Shown here: piece by piece, positions 29,134 through 38,655 of the stretch | How positions within the stretch are numbered: position 1 is the stretch's first letter | Layout of the letters: the number at the start of each line of letters is the position of its first letter | From: an uncultured Chloroflexia bacterium | GTDB lineage: Bacteria > Chloroflexota > Limnocylindria > Limnocylindrales > CSP1-4 | Assembly: GCA_963746845.1 (NCBI GenBank) | Contig: CAVVCZ010000005.1 | Location: 64,001 to 128,000 of the forward strand | Length of the DNA: 64,000 bases | Reading direction: 5' to 3' | Made by a program: the position numbers and the translations under genes | Notes under the pieces: model-generated | Told to the model about the DNA's origin: nothing | What the model saw: only the letters and a program-made list of their open reading frames with translations | Databases searched by the model: none

Positions 29134-29895
29134 ATGCCTCGCCACACCCGCGGCCGCTTCCACGGAGGCGCAGGGCTCGCGACGAGCGTCGTCGCGGCGA
29201 TGATCGTCGCCGCGTGTGGCGGCACCGCTGCGTCGAGCGTCGCGCCGACCGCACGGCCCGTCACCGCCGCGCCATCCCCGACGGCGAGACCCGTCCCGTC
29301 GGTCGCCGCGAGCGTCGCGCCGTCCGAGGCGGCCGCCCTGCCCCGTCACGGCCGGATCGACATCGCGAGCGACGGCTACGGGGTCACGCTCCCGGACAAC
29401 TGGTTCCGGATCGACCTGACGAAGGCCGACATCGATGCCTTCGTCAAGGCCGGCAAGGGCGGCTTCGGGCCGGGCATGACCGACCAGCTCGCCAACCAGC
29501 TGAGCGCCCTCGTCTCCCAGGGCATCTCGCTGTTTGCCTACCGCTTCGCCGACGAGCAGGCCGGCCTCGGGACGAACCTCAACGTGCTCGTCCTGCCGTC
29601 GGGCGGCATGGACATCGACGCCCTCGAGAACCTGAACATCGGCCAGCTCCAGAGCATCGTGGGCAAGGACGTCACGATCGCGCACACGCGGGAGAAGCTG
29701 CCGGCCGGCGACGCGATCCGGATCGCCTACACGATCCCCGCGTCCACCACGACGAACGGCCAGACGGTCGCGCTGATCCAGCACCTCGTCCTGGCACCGG
29801 ACAAGCAGCTGGTCCTCACGTGCACCGCACCCGGCGGGATCGACAAGATCGCCGACGAGTGCGACACGATCGCGAAGAGCGTCGAGTTCCTGTAG
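29134..29895 (+). CDS. Hypothetical lipoprotein
   Basis: Lipobox VAAC, Pro/Ala/Ser linker, YGVTLPDNW...IAKSVEFL (PsbP/Mog1-like pattern, unverified). Confidence 0.7.
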   Translation: MPRHTRGRFHGGAGLATSVVAAMIVAACGGTAASSVAPTARPVTAAPSPTARPVPSVAASVAPSEAAALPRHGRIDIASDGYGVTLPDNWFRIDLTKADIDAFVKAGKGGFGPGMTDQLANQLSALVSQGISLFAYRFADEQAGLGTNLNVLVLPSGGMDIDALENLNIGQLQSIVGKDVTIAHTREKLPAGDAIRIAYTIPASTTTNGQTVALIQHLVLAPDKQLVLTCTAPGGIDKIADECDTIAKSVEFL

Positions 29896-29926
29896 GAGCC
29901 GCCTGGAGCCGGTCCCGGCCAGGCCG

Positions 29927-30832
29927 TCAGGCGGGTGCGGCCGCCGGCTCGCCGAGGGTGATCCCGGCAGCGACGCAGTCCTCGGCGAACGCCGCCTGGG
30001 CCTCCTCGGTCGGCGACCAGCGCGTGGGGAAGGCCACGAGCCGGTCCAGCCCGATCGCGGCCAGCCGGCCGATCAGGTCGACCCGCGATGGCCCGGCGTC
30101 GCGGACATCCTCGTCGCGGACGTAGAGCGAGAACCGCAGCGTGGCCGGATCACGGCCCTCGTCCTCGCAGCGGCGACGGACCTCGACCATCCGTGACGCG
30201 ATCTCATCCGGCTCGAGGAAGACGTAGTTCAGCTCATCGGCGAACCTGATCGCGTAGCCGGCCGTCCGTCGCTCGCCGTTGCCGCCGACGATGATCGGGA
30301 TGCGCGGCTGCTGGAGGCCCTTCGGGACGTTGATCGCGTTCCGGACGTGGGCGTGGACGCCTTCGTAGCTCGCGTGACCCGGCGCGAACATCCGGGTGAT
30401 GACCTCGAGGTCGTCGCCGAACGCGTCCATCCGTTCGCCGATCGGCGGGAAGCCGTAGCCGTAGGCCTCCCACTCGTCCTTCTTCCAGCCGGCACCGATC
30501 CCGAGCTCGAACCGGCCGCCGCTGATCACGTCGAGCGTCGACGACACCTTCGCCGTGTGGGCCGGGTTGCGGAACGCGGTGCAGACGACCATGTGACCGA
30601 GCCGGACCCGACGGGTGACGACGGCCAGCGCCGAGAGGACGGTGAACGACTCGAACGTGATCTCGTCGGTCGGCTCGGGCACCGTGTGGAAGTGATCGAA
30701 CACCCACAGCGACTCGAAGCCGAGGTCCTCCGCCTGGGTGGCGAGCTCGACCGTCCGCCCCCATGCCGCGGCGGGATCCCAGCCGTCGTACTCGCCCTTC
30801 CAGCCCTGGGGCGCCATCAGCCCGACCTGCAT
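29927..30832 (-). CDS. LLM-class, probably F420-dependent, oxidoreductase
   Basis: GFESLWVFDHFHTVP, FRNPAHTAK, LDVISGGRFELGIGAGW, IIVGGNGERRT. Confidence 0.88.
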   Translation of the reverse strand: MQVGLMAPQGWKGEYDGWDPAAAWGRTVELATQAEDLGFESLWVFDHFHTVPEPTDEITFESFTVLSALAVVTRRVRLGHMVVCTAFRNPAHTAKVSSTLDVISGGRFELGIGAGWKKDEWEAYGYGFPPIGERMDAFGDDLEVITRMFAPGHASYEGVHAHVRNAINVPKGLQQPRIPIIVGGNGERRTAGYAIRFADELNYVFLEPDEIASRMVEVRRRCEDEGRDPATLRFSLYVRDEDVRDAGPSRVDLIGRLAAIGLDRLVAFPTRWSPTEEAQAAFAEDCVAAGITLGEPAAAPA

Positions 30833-30936
30833 CCTCGGCCTCCCGCCCGGTTCGCGATCCCTCGTCGTTCCGTGCCATCGTCGCCGGTTTCCCGGAACGC
30901 TGCCGCGGACCCGGCGCGGACGCCTATCCTCGGTCG

Positions 30937-32127
30937 ATGACGACATTCGACCCGCGCGAACCGCTCGTGCCCGCTCCCGATCCGTGGGACGAGCTGCCCC
31001 AGCCGTCCGTTCGCTCGGGACCGCCCTGGCACATGACCGACATGATCGCGGCCGAGCCGTTCGTCGCCGAGCGGATCCTCGACCGGCTCGACGATCCGGC
31101 GGGGCCCGCCGGCCGCCTCGCGGGGGCCATCGGCCAGGCGGCGAGCAGCGGTGCGCCGATCGTGGTCACCGGCTGCGGGACGAGCGAGCACGGCGCGATG
31201 GCCGCCGTCGAGATCCTGCGTGAGGGGTTGCGCTCGGGTGCGCTGCCGAGCGGGCCGTCGACGATCATCGCCGCCCAGGCGTTCGAGCTCTCGCTGGACC
31301 CGCCGACCGGTGGGCTCGTCATCGGTATCTCGCACGAGGGCGGGACGGCGGCCACGATCCATGCGCTCGAGGCATCGGCCGCCGCCGGGGCGCGAACCGC
31401 GGTCATCACCGGCAGCGCAGAGTCGCCGGCCGCCGCCGCGGCCGAGATGGTCGTCGCGACGGTCGAGATGGATCACGGCTGGTGCCACACCGTCGGCTAC
31501 CTGTCGCCGATCGTCGCGGCTGCCGCGATCGCCGGCGAGCTGGCCGATCGATCCATCGATCCGGTGGCGATCCGCGACCTCCTCGCAGCGGGCGCCGCCG
31601 ATGCGTCCGGCGCCGAGGCGATCGCCGCGATCCTGGCCGACTGCCGGACGATCGTGACGATCGCGTCGGGGGCGGATCGACCGGCCGCCCGCGAGCTCGC
31701 GCTGAAGATCGAGGAGGCCGCCTGGATCCCGACGACCATGCGCGACCTCGAGACGTTCCTGCACGGCCACCTGCCCGCGATGGATTCGACGACCGGGCTC
31801 GTGCTGATCCTCGCCGACCGCGACGGGCGGGCGGCCCGTATCGCTCGAGCGAGACAGGCCCTCGGGGCGGCGCGCGCCGTCGGGATCCGCGCGGCGGCGA
31901 TCATCGCCCGCGACGTCCACGGCCAGCTCGACGCGGAGCTGACACCGGCCGGCCGCATCCGGATCGACGAGGCGAAAGGCCTGCCCGCGCCCGTTGCCGC
32001 GTTGATCGGGACGACGACGCCGCTGCAACTCGTGACGGAGCGGATCGCCCGGGCTCGCGGCACGAACCCCGACCTGATCCGTCGCGACGACCCGCTCTAC
32101 CGGGACGCCGCCGCGGCGGCCGGCTGA
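30937..32127 (+). CDS. Double-SIS domain sugar-phosphate isomerase-like protein (GlmS/AgaS-like, no glutaminase domain)
   Basis: VTGCGTSEHGA, ISHEGGTAAT, WCHTVGY, ELALKIEE, FLHGH, RGTNPD. Confidence 0.82.
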   Translation: MTTFDPREPLVPAPDPWDELPQPSVRSGPPWHMTDMIAAEPFVAERILDRLDDPAGPAGRLAGAIGQAASSGAPIVVTGCGTSEHGAMAAVEILREGLRSGALPSGPSTIIAAQAFELSLDPPTGGLVIGISHEGGTAATIHALEASAAAGARTAVITGSAESPAAAAAEMVVATVEMDHGWCHTVGYLSPIVAAAAIAGELADRSIDPVAIRDLLAAGAADASGAEAIAAILADCRTIVTIASGADRPAARELALKIEEAAWIPTTMRDLETFLHGHLPAMDSTTGLVLILADRDGRAARIARARQALGAARAVGIRAAAIIARDVHGQLDAELTPAGRIRIDEAKGLPAPVAALIGTTTPLQLVTERIARARGTNPDLIRRDDPLYRDAAAAAG

Positions 32128-32131
32128 CGGG

Positions 32132-33103
32132 CTAGAAGAGCAGCTCCGCCATCTGGTCGATCATCGCAAGGTCGCGCGGGACGAAGTCCTGGAGCATCAA
32201 TCGCTCGGCCCCGGCGTCGGCGAACGCGTCGACCATCGCCCGTGCCGCGTCGCGCGTCCCGATCACCCAGCGTCGCTCGCGCGTCCGGAACCACGCCTCG
32301 CCGCCCTCGACGTTGTCGAACGCCCGCAGGAGGTCGCCCTTGCGACGGTCCAGCTCGTCGTCGTCACGGCCGATCAGGACCCCGGCCATCACGGAGCGGG
32401 CCATCGTCGACGGGTCGCGTCCGATCGCCTCGCAGGCGGCATCGAGCGCGGCGAACTTCTCGCGCGCGGTCGACGGGGACGACGACGACAGGTTGAACTC
32501 GTCCGCGTAGCGGGCGGCGATCCGCATCGAGCGGGGCGATCCCTCGCCGCCGGCGAGCAGGCGCGGGCGGGCGGCCCCGTTCGGCCCGGTCGGGCGACCC
32601 GGCCGGCTCACGGGCTTCGGATGGAAGTTGGCGCCCTGGATCGTCACGTGGGTCCCTGCGAACGACCAGCCATCCGGCTCGCCCCACAGCCCGTGGAGCA
32701 CCGCGAAGTGCTCCTCCATGATGTCGGCGCGCTCGGCGATCTCGGGGAACGGCAGGCCGAGCTGGTGGTGCTCCTCGTCGTTCCAGCCCGCCCCGAGCCC
32801 GAACTCGAGCCGACCGCCGCTCATCTCGTCGACCGTGGTGGCGACCTTGGCGAGGCTCCCGATGGTCCGGAACGTCACCGGCGAGACGAGCGTCCCGAGC
32901 CCGATCCCGGTCGTCTCGCGAGCCAGCCCCGCGAGGACCGCCCAGGCATCCGTCGTCGGCATCCCCGCGGGACCTGGGAAGCTTTGGTAGTGATCCGAAC
33001 GGAAGAACGACTCGAAGCCGGCGTCCTCGGCGCGTCGGACGACGGCGAGCTGCTCCTCGTACGAGAGCCCCTGCTGCGGCTCGATCATCAGCGCGAAGCG
33101 CAT
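32132..33103 (-). CDS. LLM-class F420-dependent oxidoreductase
   Basis: EPQQG, GFESFFRSDHY, TDAWAVLAGLARET, VDEMSGGRLEFGLGAGW. Confidence 0.9.
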   Translation of the reverse strand: MRFALMIEPQQGLSYEEQLAVVRRAEDAGFESFFRSDHYQSFPGPAGMPTTDAWAVLAGLARETTGIGLGTLVSPVTFRTIGSLAKVATTVDEMSGGRLEFGLGAGWNDEEHHQLGLPFPEIAERADIMEEHFAVLHGLWGEPDGWSFAGTHVTIQGANFHPKPVSRPGRPTGPNGAARPRLLAGGEGSPRSMRIAARYADEFNLSSSSPSTAREKFAALDAACEAIGRDPSTMARSVMAGVLIGRDDDELDRRKGDLLRAFDNVEGGEAWFRTRERRWVIGTRDAARAMVDAFADAGAERLMLQDFVPRDLAMIDQMAELLF

Positions 33104-33140
33104 CCGTTCCCTCCCCGAACCAGTTCCTCGCGTTCGACCG

Positions 33141-33180
33141 AATGATCATGCTTGACGCGATCATTGCCTGTCGCTAGATT
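33141..33180 (+). promoter_or_regulatory. marR promoter with overlapping inverted repeat (probable operator)
   Basis: TTGACG (33152), 17 nt spacer, TAGATT (33175); AATGATC...GATCATT 33141-33165. Confidence 0.65.
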
Positions 33181-33189
33181 ATTCATGCG

Positions 33190-33714
33190 ATGCGAACAAT
33201 CACTGCCCCCGGCCGCTCACCGGCCAGCTCGACAGCCGCGGCGCACGCCAACGCGCTGATCGATGCGATCGTGGTGGACCTGCAAGGGACCATCGGCAGC
33301 CTGCGCTGCGCCGGCACCGGCCGGATGGTGAAAGCCGGCATCAGCATGACCCACCTCCACATTCTGTGGGTTCTCGAGCATCACGGTGACCTGACGATGA
33401 GCCGGCTCGCCGACCTGCTCGACGTCTCGCTCAGCAACGCCACCGGTCTGGTCGATCGGATGGAGGAGCGGGGCCTCGTCGAGCGTGTCCGCGTCCCGAC
33501 CGACCGCCGGATCGTCCTCGTACGGGCGTCGGCGGACGGAGTCCGGATCCGCGATGAGATCGAGGCCCTGAAGCTGGACCGGATGCGGTCGATCCTCGCC
33601 CGCCTCGAGCCGGCCAAGCTCGAGCGGATCCTCGGCGCCGTCACCGACCTGCGGGCGGCCGTCGTCGCGGAGATCGGGACCGACCACCTCGCGGAGCACG
33701 TCCACCACAACTGA
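33190..33714 (+). CDS. MarR-family regulator
   Basis: LTMSRLADLLDVSLSNATGLVDRMEERGLVERVRVPTDRR. Confidence 0.92.
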   Translation: MRTITAPGRSPASSTAAAHANALIDAIVVDLQGTIGSLRCAGTGRMVKAGISMTHLHILWVLEHHGDLTMSRLADLLDVSLSNATGLVDRMEERGLVERVRVPTDRRIVLVRASADGVRIRDEIEALKLDRMRSILARLEPAKLERILGAVTDLRAAVVAEIGTDHLAEHVHHN

Positions 33715-33789
33715 TCCCGGCCACGGCGCCGGACCCTCGCGGCTGCCCCGCCGCGCCCACCACGCCACCAATTGGAGGAAGGAGCCTCG

Positions 33790-35532
33790 ATGGAATCGTT
33801 CCCCACAGAGAGCGACTGGACCCCCTCCCTCGAGGAGGACCCCGCGCTCGGGCTGAGCCACCGAGCGAAGATGGAGATCCTCTTCGCGGTCATGCTCGGC
33901 CTGTTCCTCGGCGCGCTCGACCAGACGATCGTCGGTCCGGCGCTGCCCACGATCGTGACCCAGCTCAACGGCAACGATCTCTACGTCTGGGCCGTCACCA
34001 GCTATCTGCTCACCAGCACGATCAGCGTCCCGTTCTGGGGAAAGCTCAGCGACCTCTACGGCCGCAAGCCGATGTTCATCATCGGCATCGTCATCTTCCT
34101 GATCGGCTCCGCGTTGTCCGGTCTGTCGCAGACCATGGAGCAGCTCATCCTGTTCCGCGGCATCCAGGGCATCGGTGCCGGTGCGCTGTTCCCGATCGCG
34201 CTCGCGATCATCGGCGACCTGTTCAGCCCGGCCGAGCGCGGCAAGTACCAGGGCCTGTTCGGAGCCGTCTTCGGCGTCGCGTTCGTCGCGGGCCCGCTCA
34301 TCGGCGGCTGGCTGACGGAGAACGCCGGCTGGCACTGGATCTTCTATGTCAACATCCCGATCGGGATCGTCGCCCTCTTCGTCATCTCCCGACTCCTGCC
34401 CACGGTCAAGAACCCGCGGGCCGAGCGGAACTTCGACGTCCTCGGCGGCGTGATCTTCACGATCGCCACGACGTTGCTGTTGATCGGCCTGACCCAGAAG
34501 GGCCTCGTCGATCCGACGACCAAGGCGCTCTACGAGTGGACGACCTGGCAGGTCGGCGGGTTGATCCTTGTCGGTCTCGTCGGGTACCTGCTGTTCATCT
34601 GGGCCGAGGCCCGGGCCAAGGAGCCGATCGTCCCGCTCCACCTCTTCCGGAACCGGACGTACGCCTCGTCGATGATCGCCACGTTCTTCGCGGCGTTCGC
34701 CTTCTTCGGGGCCATCGTCTTCCTGCCGCGCTGGTTCCAGATCGTGCAGAACTTCAGCCCGACCAACTCCGGCCTCGCGGCCCTGCCGCTCGTCATCGGC
34801 CTGATCGGGAGCTCGATCGGGTCGGGCCTGTACGTGGCTCGGACCGGCCGCTACAAGTGGCTCCTCGTCGGTGCAATCGCCCTGATGGGTGTCGCGATGC
34901 TGCTGATGACCCAGCTCAAGGCGGACACGCCGGTCGCGATCGTCTGGCTCTGGATGTTCCTCGCCGGCCTCGGCGTCGGACCGACGTTCGCGGTCTTCAC
35001 CCTCGTCGTCCAGAACGCGGTGCCGTTCCACTTCCTCGGCGTGGCGACCTCCAACCTGACGTTCTTCCGCCAGATCGGCGGCTCGGTCGCCCTGGCGATC
35101 GTCGGCACCGTCTTCGCGACGGGGTTCCAGCAGCAGCTGGTTCCGTCGATCACGGCGAAGCTGACCGCGGCCGGGGCTCCCCCGCAGCTGGTGCAAGGCC
35201 TCCAGTCCGGTGGCGGCGGGTTCGACACGGGCCAGCTGACCGGGACGGGCGACCTCGGCAAGGCGCTCCTCCAGTCCGTGCCGGAGGCCTTCCGACCCGT
35301 CGTCGAGCCGTTCATCAACGACATCGTCGCCGGCGTCCACGTGGCGTTCAGCCTGGCCGTCTCCCAGACGTTCTGGATCGGCGTGGCCGGCGCGGTCCTC
35401 GCGGTCATCGCGGCCCTCGGGATGAAGGAGCTTGCCCTCACCCAGCACACCCCGGCCGAGGCGGCCGCTGCGGCACGGGCCGAGGCTGCCGCCGAGGCGC
35501 AGTCCCGACCGGCGGCTCCGGCAACCGAGTAA
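33790..35532 (+). CDS. DHA2 (14-TM) MFS drug efflux transporter
   Basis: LGALDQTIVGPALPTI, GKLSDLYGRK, WHWIFYVNIPIG. Confidence 0.93.
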   Translation: MESFPTESDWTPSLEEDPALGLSHRAKMEILFAVMLGLFLGALDQTIVGPALPTIVTQLNGNDLYVWAVTSYLLTSTISVPFWGKLSDLYGRKPMFIIGIVIFLIGSALSGLSQTMEQLILFRGIQGIGAGALFPIALAIIGDLFSPAERGKYQGLFGAVFGVAFVAGPLIGGWLTENAGWHWIFYVNIPIGIVALFVISRLLPTVKNPRAERNFDVLGGVIFTIATTLLLIGLTQKGLVDPTTKALYEWTTWQVGGLILVGLVGYLLFIWAEARAKEPIVPLHLFRNRTYASSMIATFFAAFAFFGAIVFLPRWFQIVQNFSPTNSGLAALPLVIGLIGSSIGSGLYVARTGRYKWLLVGAIALMGVAMLLMTQLKADTPVAIVWLWMFLAGLGVGPTFAVFTLVVQNAVPFHFLGVATSNLTFFRQIGGSVALAIVGTVFATGFQQQLVPSITAKLTAAGAPPQLVQGLQSGGGGFDTGQLTGTGDLGKALLQSVPEAFRPVVEPFINDIVAGVHVAFSLAVSQTFWIGVAGAVLAVIAALGMKELALTQHTPAEAAAAARAEAAAEAQSRPAAPATE

Positions 35533-35575
35533 CCCGCCGCCGCCGCCGCCGGCGGCGGCGCATGCGACGAACCAC

Positions 35576-35609
35576 ACCGACCCCGGCGGGCCAGCCCGCC
35601 GGGGTCGGT
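35576..35609. terminator. Strong GC hairpin downstream of MFS gene
   Basis: ACCGACCCCGGCGGGC-CA-GCCCGCCGGGGTCGGT perfect inverted repeat; no U-tract. Confidence 0.6.
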
Positions 35610-35678
35610 CCCTGCCCACGGCGCGCAGCGGGCGGGCCGCCGTACGCGCTCGAGGAGGCGCCGCGCTAGGATCGCCCG

Positions 35679-36197
35679 GTGATCACCGACCGACCGACGC
35701 CGCCGATCCCGGCCGCCTATCCCGCCGAGCTCGTCGCGCCCGGGTCCGCTGCCGCCGATGCGGTCGCCGTGGACGGCGGCACGCTCGCGGACCTGCCCGA
35801 GGGATCGATGCGGCGGGTCACGCACGGCGACCTCGACATCCTCATCGCCCACACACCGGCCGGGCTCCTGGCGGTCGACGATCGCTGCCCGCACATGTCG
35901 GCTCCGCTGTCGATCGGCGAGCTGGACGGCTGCATCGTGGCCTGCCCGCTCCACGAGGGGCGGTTCGATCTCTGCTCGGGCGACGTCATCCGGATGCCGA
36001 CGACCGGCGGGCTCGATCCCGACGGGGCTTACCACCCGACCTGGTCGCCGGCCGGCAAGGAGCCGAAGGTCGATCCGCCCGGCAAGAAGGCCGAGGCCCG
36101 CCGGCTCACGCGGGTGCGCCGGCTCCGGTACTACCCGCTCCGGATCGATGGGGGCCGAATCGAGGTCACGGTCCCGCCGGCGGGCACGGAGCCCTAG
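35679..36197 (+). CDS. Rieske [2Fe-2S] ferredoxin-like protein
   Basis: CPH...CPLHEGRFDL motif. Confidence 0.85.
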   Translation: MITDRPTPPIPAAYPAELVAPGSAAADAVAVDGGTLADLPEGSMRRVTHGDLDILIAHTPAGLLAVDDRCPHMSAPLSIGELDGCIVACPLHEGRFDLCSGDVIRMPTTGGLDPDGAYHPTWSPAGKEPKVDPPGKKAEARRLTRVRRLRYYPLRIDGGRIEVTVPPAGTEP

Positions 36198-37003
36198 CGG
36201 ATCTCCGTCTCGTCGATGTCCTCGGGATGCGCGTTCGCGACGTCGGCGAGGATGATCCCGACGACCTCGTCCGGGTCGTCGGTGAGCTTCAGGAGCGCAA
36301 GATCGGCCTCGGTGATCGCGCCGGCGGTGAGCTGCGTCGCCCGCATCCAGTCCAGCATTCCCTGCCAGTAGGCCGTTCCGACGAGGACGACCGGGAAGTC
36401 GCGGATCTTGCCCGTCTGGATGAGGGTCAGGCTCTCGAACAGCTCGTCCAGCGTACCGAACCCACCCGGCATGATCACGAACGCGTCGGCGTACTTCACG
36501 AACATCGTCTTGCGGGCGAAGAAGTACTTGAACTCGATCCCGAGATCGACGTAGGCGTTGAGGCCCTGCTCGTGCGGCAGCTCGATGTTGCAGCCGATCG
36601 ACAGGCCGCCGCCCTCGCGACACCCGCGGTTCGCGGCCTCCATGATCCCCGGGCCGCCGCCCGTGATGATCGCGAACCCGCGCTCGGCCAGCCGGCGTGC
36701 GATCCCCCGCGCCAGCTCGTACTCGGCCGCTCCGGGCATCGCGCGCGCGGAGCCGAACACCGTCACGGCCGGCCCGACGGCGGCGAGGGCATCGAATCCC
36801 TCGACGAACTCGCTCAGGATCCGGAGCGCCCGCCACGGATCGCTGTCGACGAAGGCCGGCCGGCCCTCCTCGCGCGACCGCCGCTCGAGGAGCTGCTCGT
36901 CCTCGGTCGTCGCGGGCTTGCCGATCCGCCGCGCGGCATCGCGGCGCATGACCACCCGCCCGGAGCGTCGCTCGGAACCGCTCTCTCCCGTTCGATCGTT
37001 CAT
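36194..37003 (-). CDS. LOG-family (TIGR00730-type) phosphoribohydrolase
   Basis: VTVFGSAR, ITGGGPGIMEAANRG, PGGFGTLDELFE. Confidence 0.92.
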   Translation of the reverse strand: MNDRTGESGSERRSGRVVMRRDAARRIGKPATTEDEQLLERRSREEGRPAFVDSDPWRALRILSEFVEGFDALAAVGPAVTVFGSARAMPGAAEYELARGIARRLAERGFAIITGGGPGIMEAANRGCREGGGLSIGCNIELPHEQGLNAYVDLGIEFKYFFARKTMFVKYADAFVIMPGGFGTLDELFESLTLIQTGKIRDFPVVLVGTAYWQGMLDWMRATQLTAGAITEADLALLKLTDDPDEVVGIILADVANAHPEDIDETEIR

Positions 37004-37035
37004 GGAAGTAGCATCGCATTTCCTTCGGAGACGAC

Positions 37036-37233
37036 ATGCATCGAACACGGGCCATCGTGGCCTTCATCCTCATCGCGATCGGTCTCGTCTGGATCGGCCA
37101 GGGAACGGCGTTCATCAAGGGCGGCGGCTTCATGACCGGCGATCCGCTGTGGGCGTGGATCGGGGCCGCATGCGTCGTCGTCGGCATCGCCCTCGGCGCC
37201 GTCGAGATCCGCTCGCGTCGGGCGTCGAACTGA
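37036..37233 (+). CDS. Small 2-TM membrane protein
   Basis: IGLVWIGQGTAFIKGGGFMTGDPLWAWIG; GGAG RBS. Confidence 0.7.
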   Translation: MHRTRAIVAFILIAIGLVWIGQGTAFIKGGGFMTGDPLWAWIGAACVVVGIALGAVEIRSRRASN

Positions 37234-37236
37234 GCC

Positions 37237-37597
37237 TCAGGCGCGCTTGAGCCAGGCCCTCCAGGCGGCTTCGTCGCGACCGGCGGCCACCTCGGCGCCG
37301 AACCGGACGAGCGGCAGGCGCAGGAGCGCCGGCGTGGCCAGCAGCTCGCTCGACGATCTCGGCCTCGTCCATCCGGAGGTAGCCGAGGCCGGCCTCTCGG
37401 TAGGCCTTCGAGGTCTCGTCGAGGAGCGCCCGCGCGCCGAGCCGCTCGATGAACCGACGCAGCTCGCCGCGGGCGATCGGCTTGCGGGTCAGGTCGACCT
37501 GGTGGATCGCGATCCGGCGCTCCTTGAAGAAGCGCACCGCGGCCCGCGTTCCCGCGTCGCGGTCGTGGCCGAAGATCTGGACGCTCGGATCGGGCAC
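37237..37597 (-). pseudogene. ArsC/Spx/MgsR-family protein with one-base frameshift near 37346
   Basis: N-terminal QIFG...TRAAVRFFKERRI...DL..KPIARGELRRF; removing one base restores LLATPALLRLPLVRFG...WRAWLKRA-stop at 37237. Confidence 0.7.
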
Positions 37598-37659
37598 GCT
37601 CGGATCGTAGCGGCGGCCCGGGCCCGACGGGTACCATCGCGATCACAGGAGGTGCCCGC

Positions 37660-37920
37660 GTGTCGGTCTGGTTCACGGTCAAGCTCGACGATCGACCGGG
37701 TGCGCTCGCGCGGATGGCGACGGCGCTCGCCGAACGCGGCGTGAACATCGCCGGGATCGTGGGCATCGCCGAGGACACCGACGGCGAGCTGATGCTCGAG
37801 ACGAGTGACGCGGCCGCGACGCGCGCGGCCTTCGACGCGGCCGGGATCAGCTACCAGGCCCACGAGGCGGACGACGGCGACCCGGGGAAGATGTCGATCG
37901 CCGACGTCGTCTCTCGCTGA
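37660..37920 (+). CDS. Stand-alone ACT domain protein
   Basis: VKLDDRPGALARMATALAERGVNI; RBS AGGAGG. Confidence 0.85.
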   Translation: MSVWFTVKLDDRPGALARMATALAERGVNIAGIVGIAEDTDGELMLETSDAAATRAAFDAAGISYQAHEADDGDPGKMSIADVVSR

Positions 37921-37944
37921 CCGCAGGGCTCGCAGACCCTCTCG

Positions 37945-38628
37945 ATGTCTCGCACGCCTGCCGCCCCGTCGAACGCGGCCGCCGTCCGTCTGGACGTCCT
38001 CGAGGGCGGCGCGCCCGTCGCCGCGATCGTCGGACGGCTGGCCGAGCTCGGCGGACGGGTCCGGACGGTCGCGACCGTCCGGTCCCTCGAGACCGACCCG
38101 CCCCAGGCCGAGATCGAGATCGAGGTCGACGGCCTGACCGAGGACGAGCTGGTCGACGGCCTCGAAGGACTGCCGGACGTCCGGGCGATCCGCCGGACGC
38201 GGGCGCTCGGCTCGATCTTCGGCAAGCGCGTGATCGTCGTGGGCGGCGGGGCGCAGGTCGCCCAGGTGGCGCTCGGCGCGGTCAGCGAGGCGGATCGCCA
38301 CAACCTGCGCGGCGAGCGGATCAGCGTCGACACGATCCCGCTCGTCGGCGAGGCGAACATCGCGGCCGCGGTCCGGGCCGTCGCGGACCTGCCGCGGGCC
38401 CGGCTCCTCGTCCTGGCCGGCTCGATCATGGGCGGCGACATCAGCACCGCGGCCGACGAGCTGCGGGCCGTCGGCGTGCCGATCATCGCCCTGAACATGG
38501 TCGGATCGATCACGGACCACGTGGATCTCGTGGTCTCGGATCCGGTCCAGGCCGGCACGATGGCGGTCATGGCGATCGCCGATACGGCCACCTTCGACCT
38601 GGTGCGCCAGAAGGGCCGTCGCTACTGA
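37945..38628 (+). CDS. ACT-like + DUF5612 domain protein
   Basis: IFGKRVIVVGGGAQVAQVALGAVSEADRHNLRGERISVDTIPLVGE...LAGSIMGG...SDPVQAGTMAVM...FDL..QKGRRY. Confidence 0.75.
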   Translation: MSRTPAAPSNAAAVRLDVLEGGAPVAAIVGRLAELGGRVRTVATVRSLETDPPQAEIEIEVDGLTEDELVDGLEGLPDVRAIRRTRALGSIFGKRVIVVGGGAQVAQVALGAVSEADRHNLRGERISVDTIPLVGEANIAAAVRAVADLPRARLLVLAGSIMGGDISTAADELRAVGVPIIALNMVGSITDHVDLVVSDPVQAGTMAVMAIADTATFDLVRQKGRRY

Positions 38629-38655
38629 GGCAGACCGCCAGTCCGTGGCGGACGA

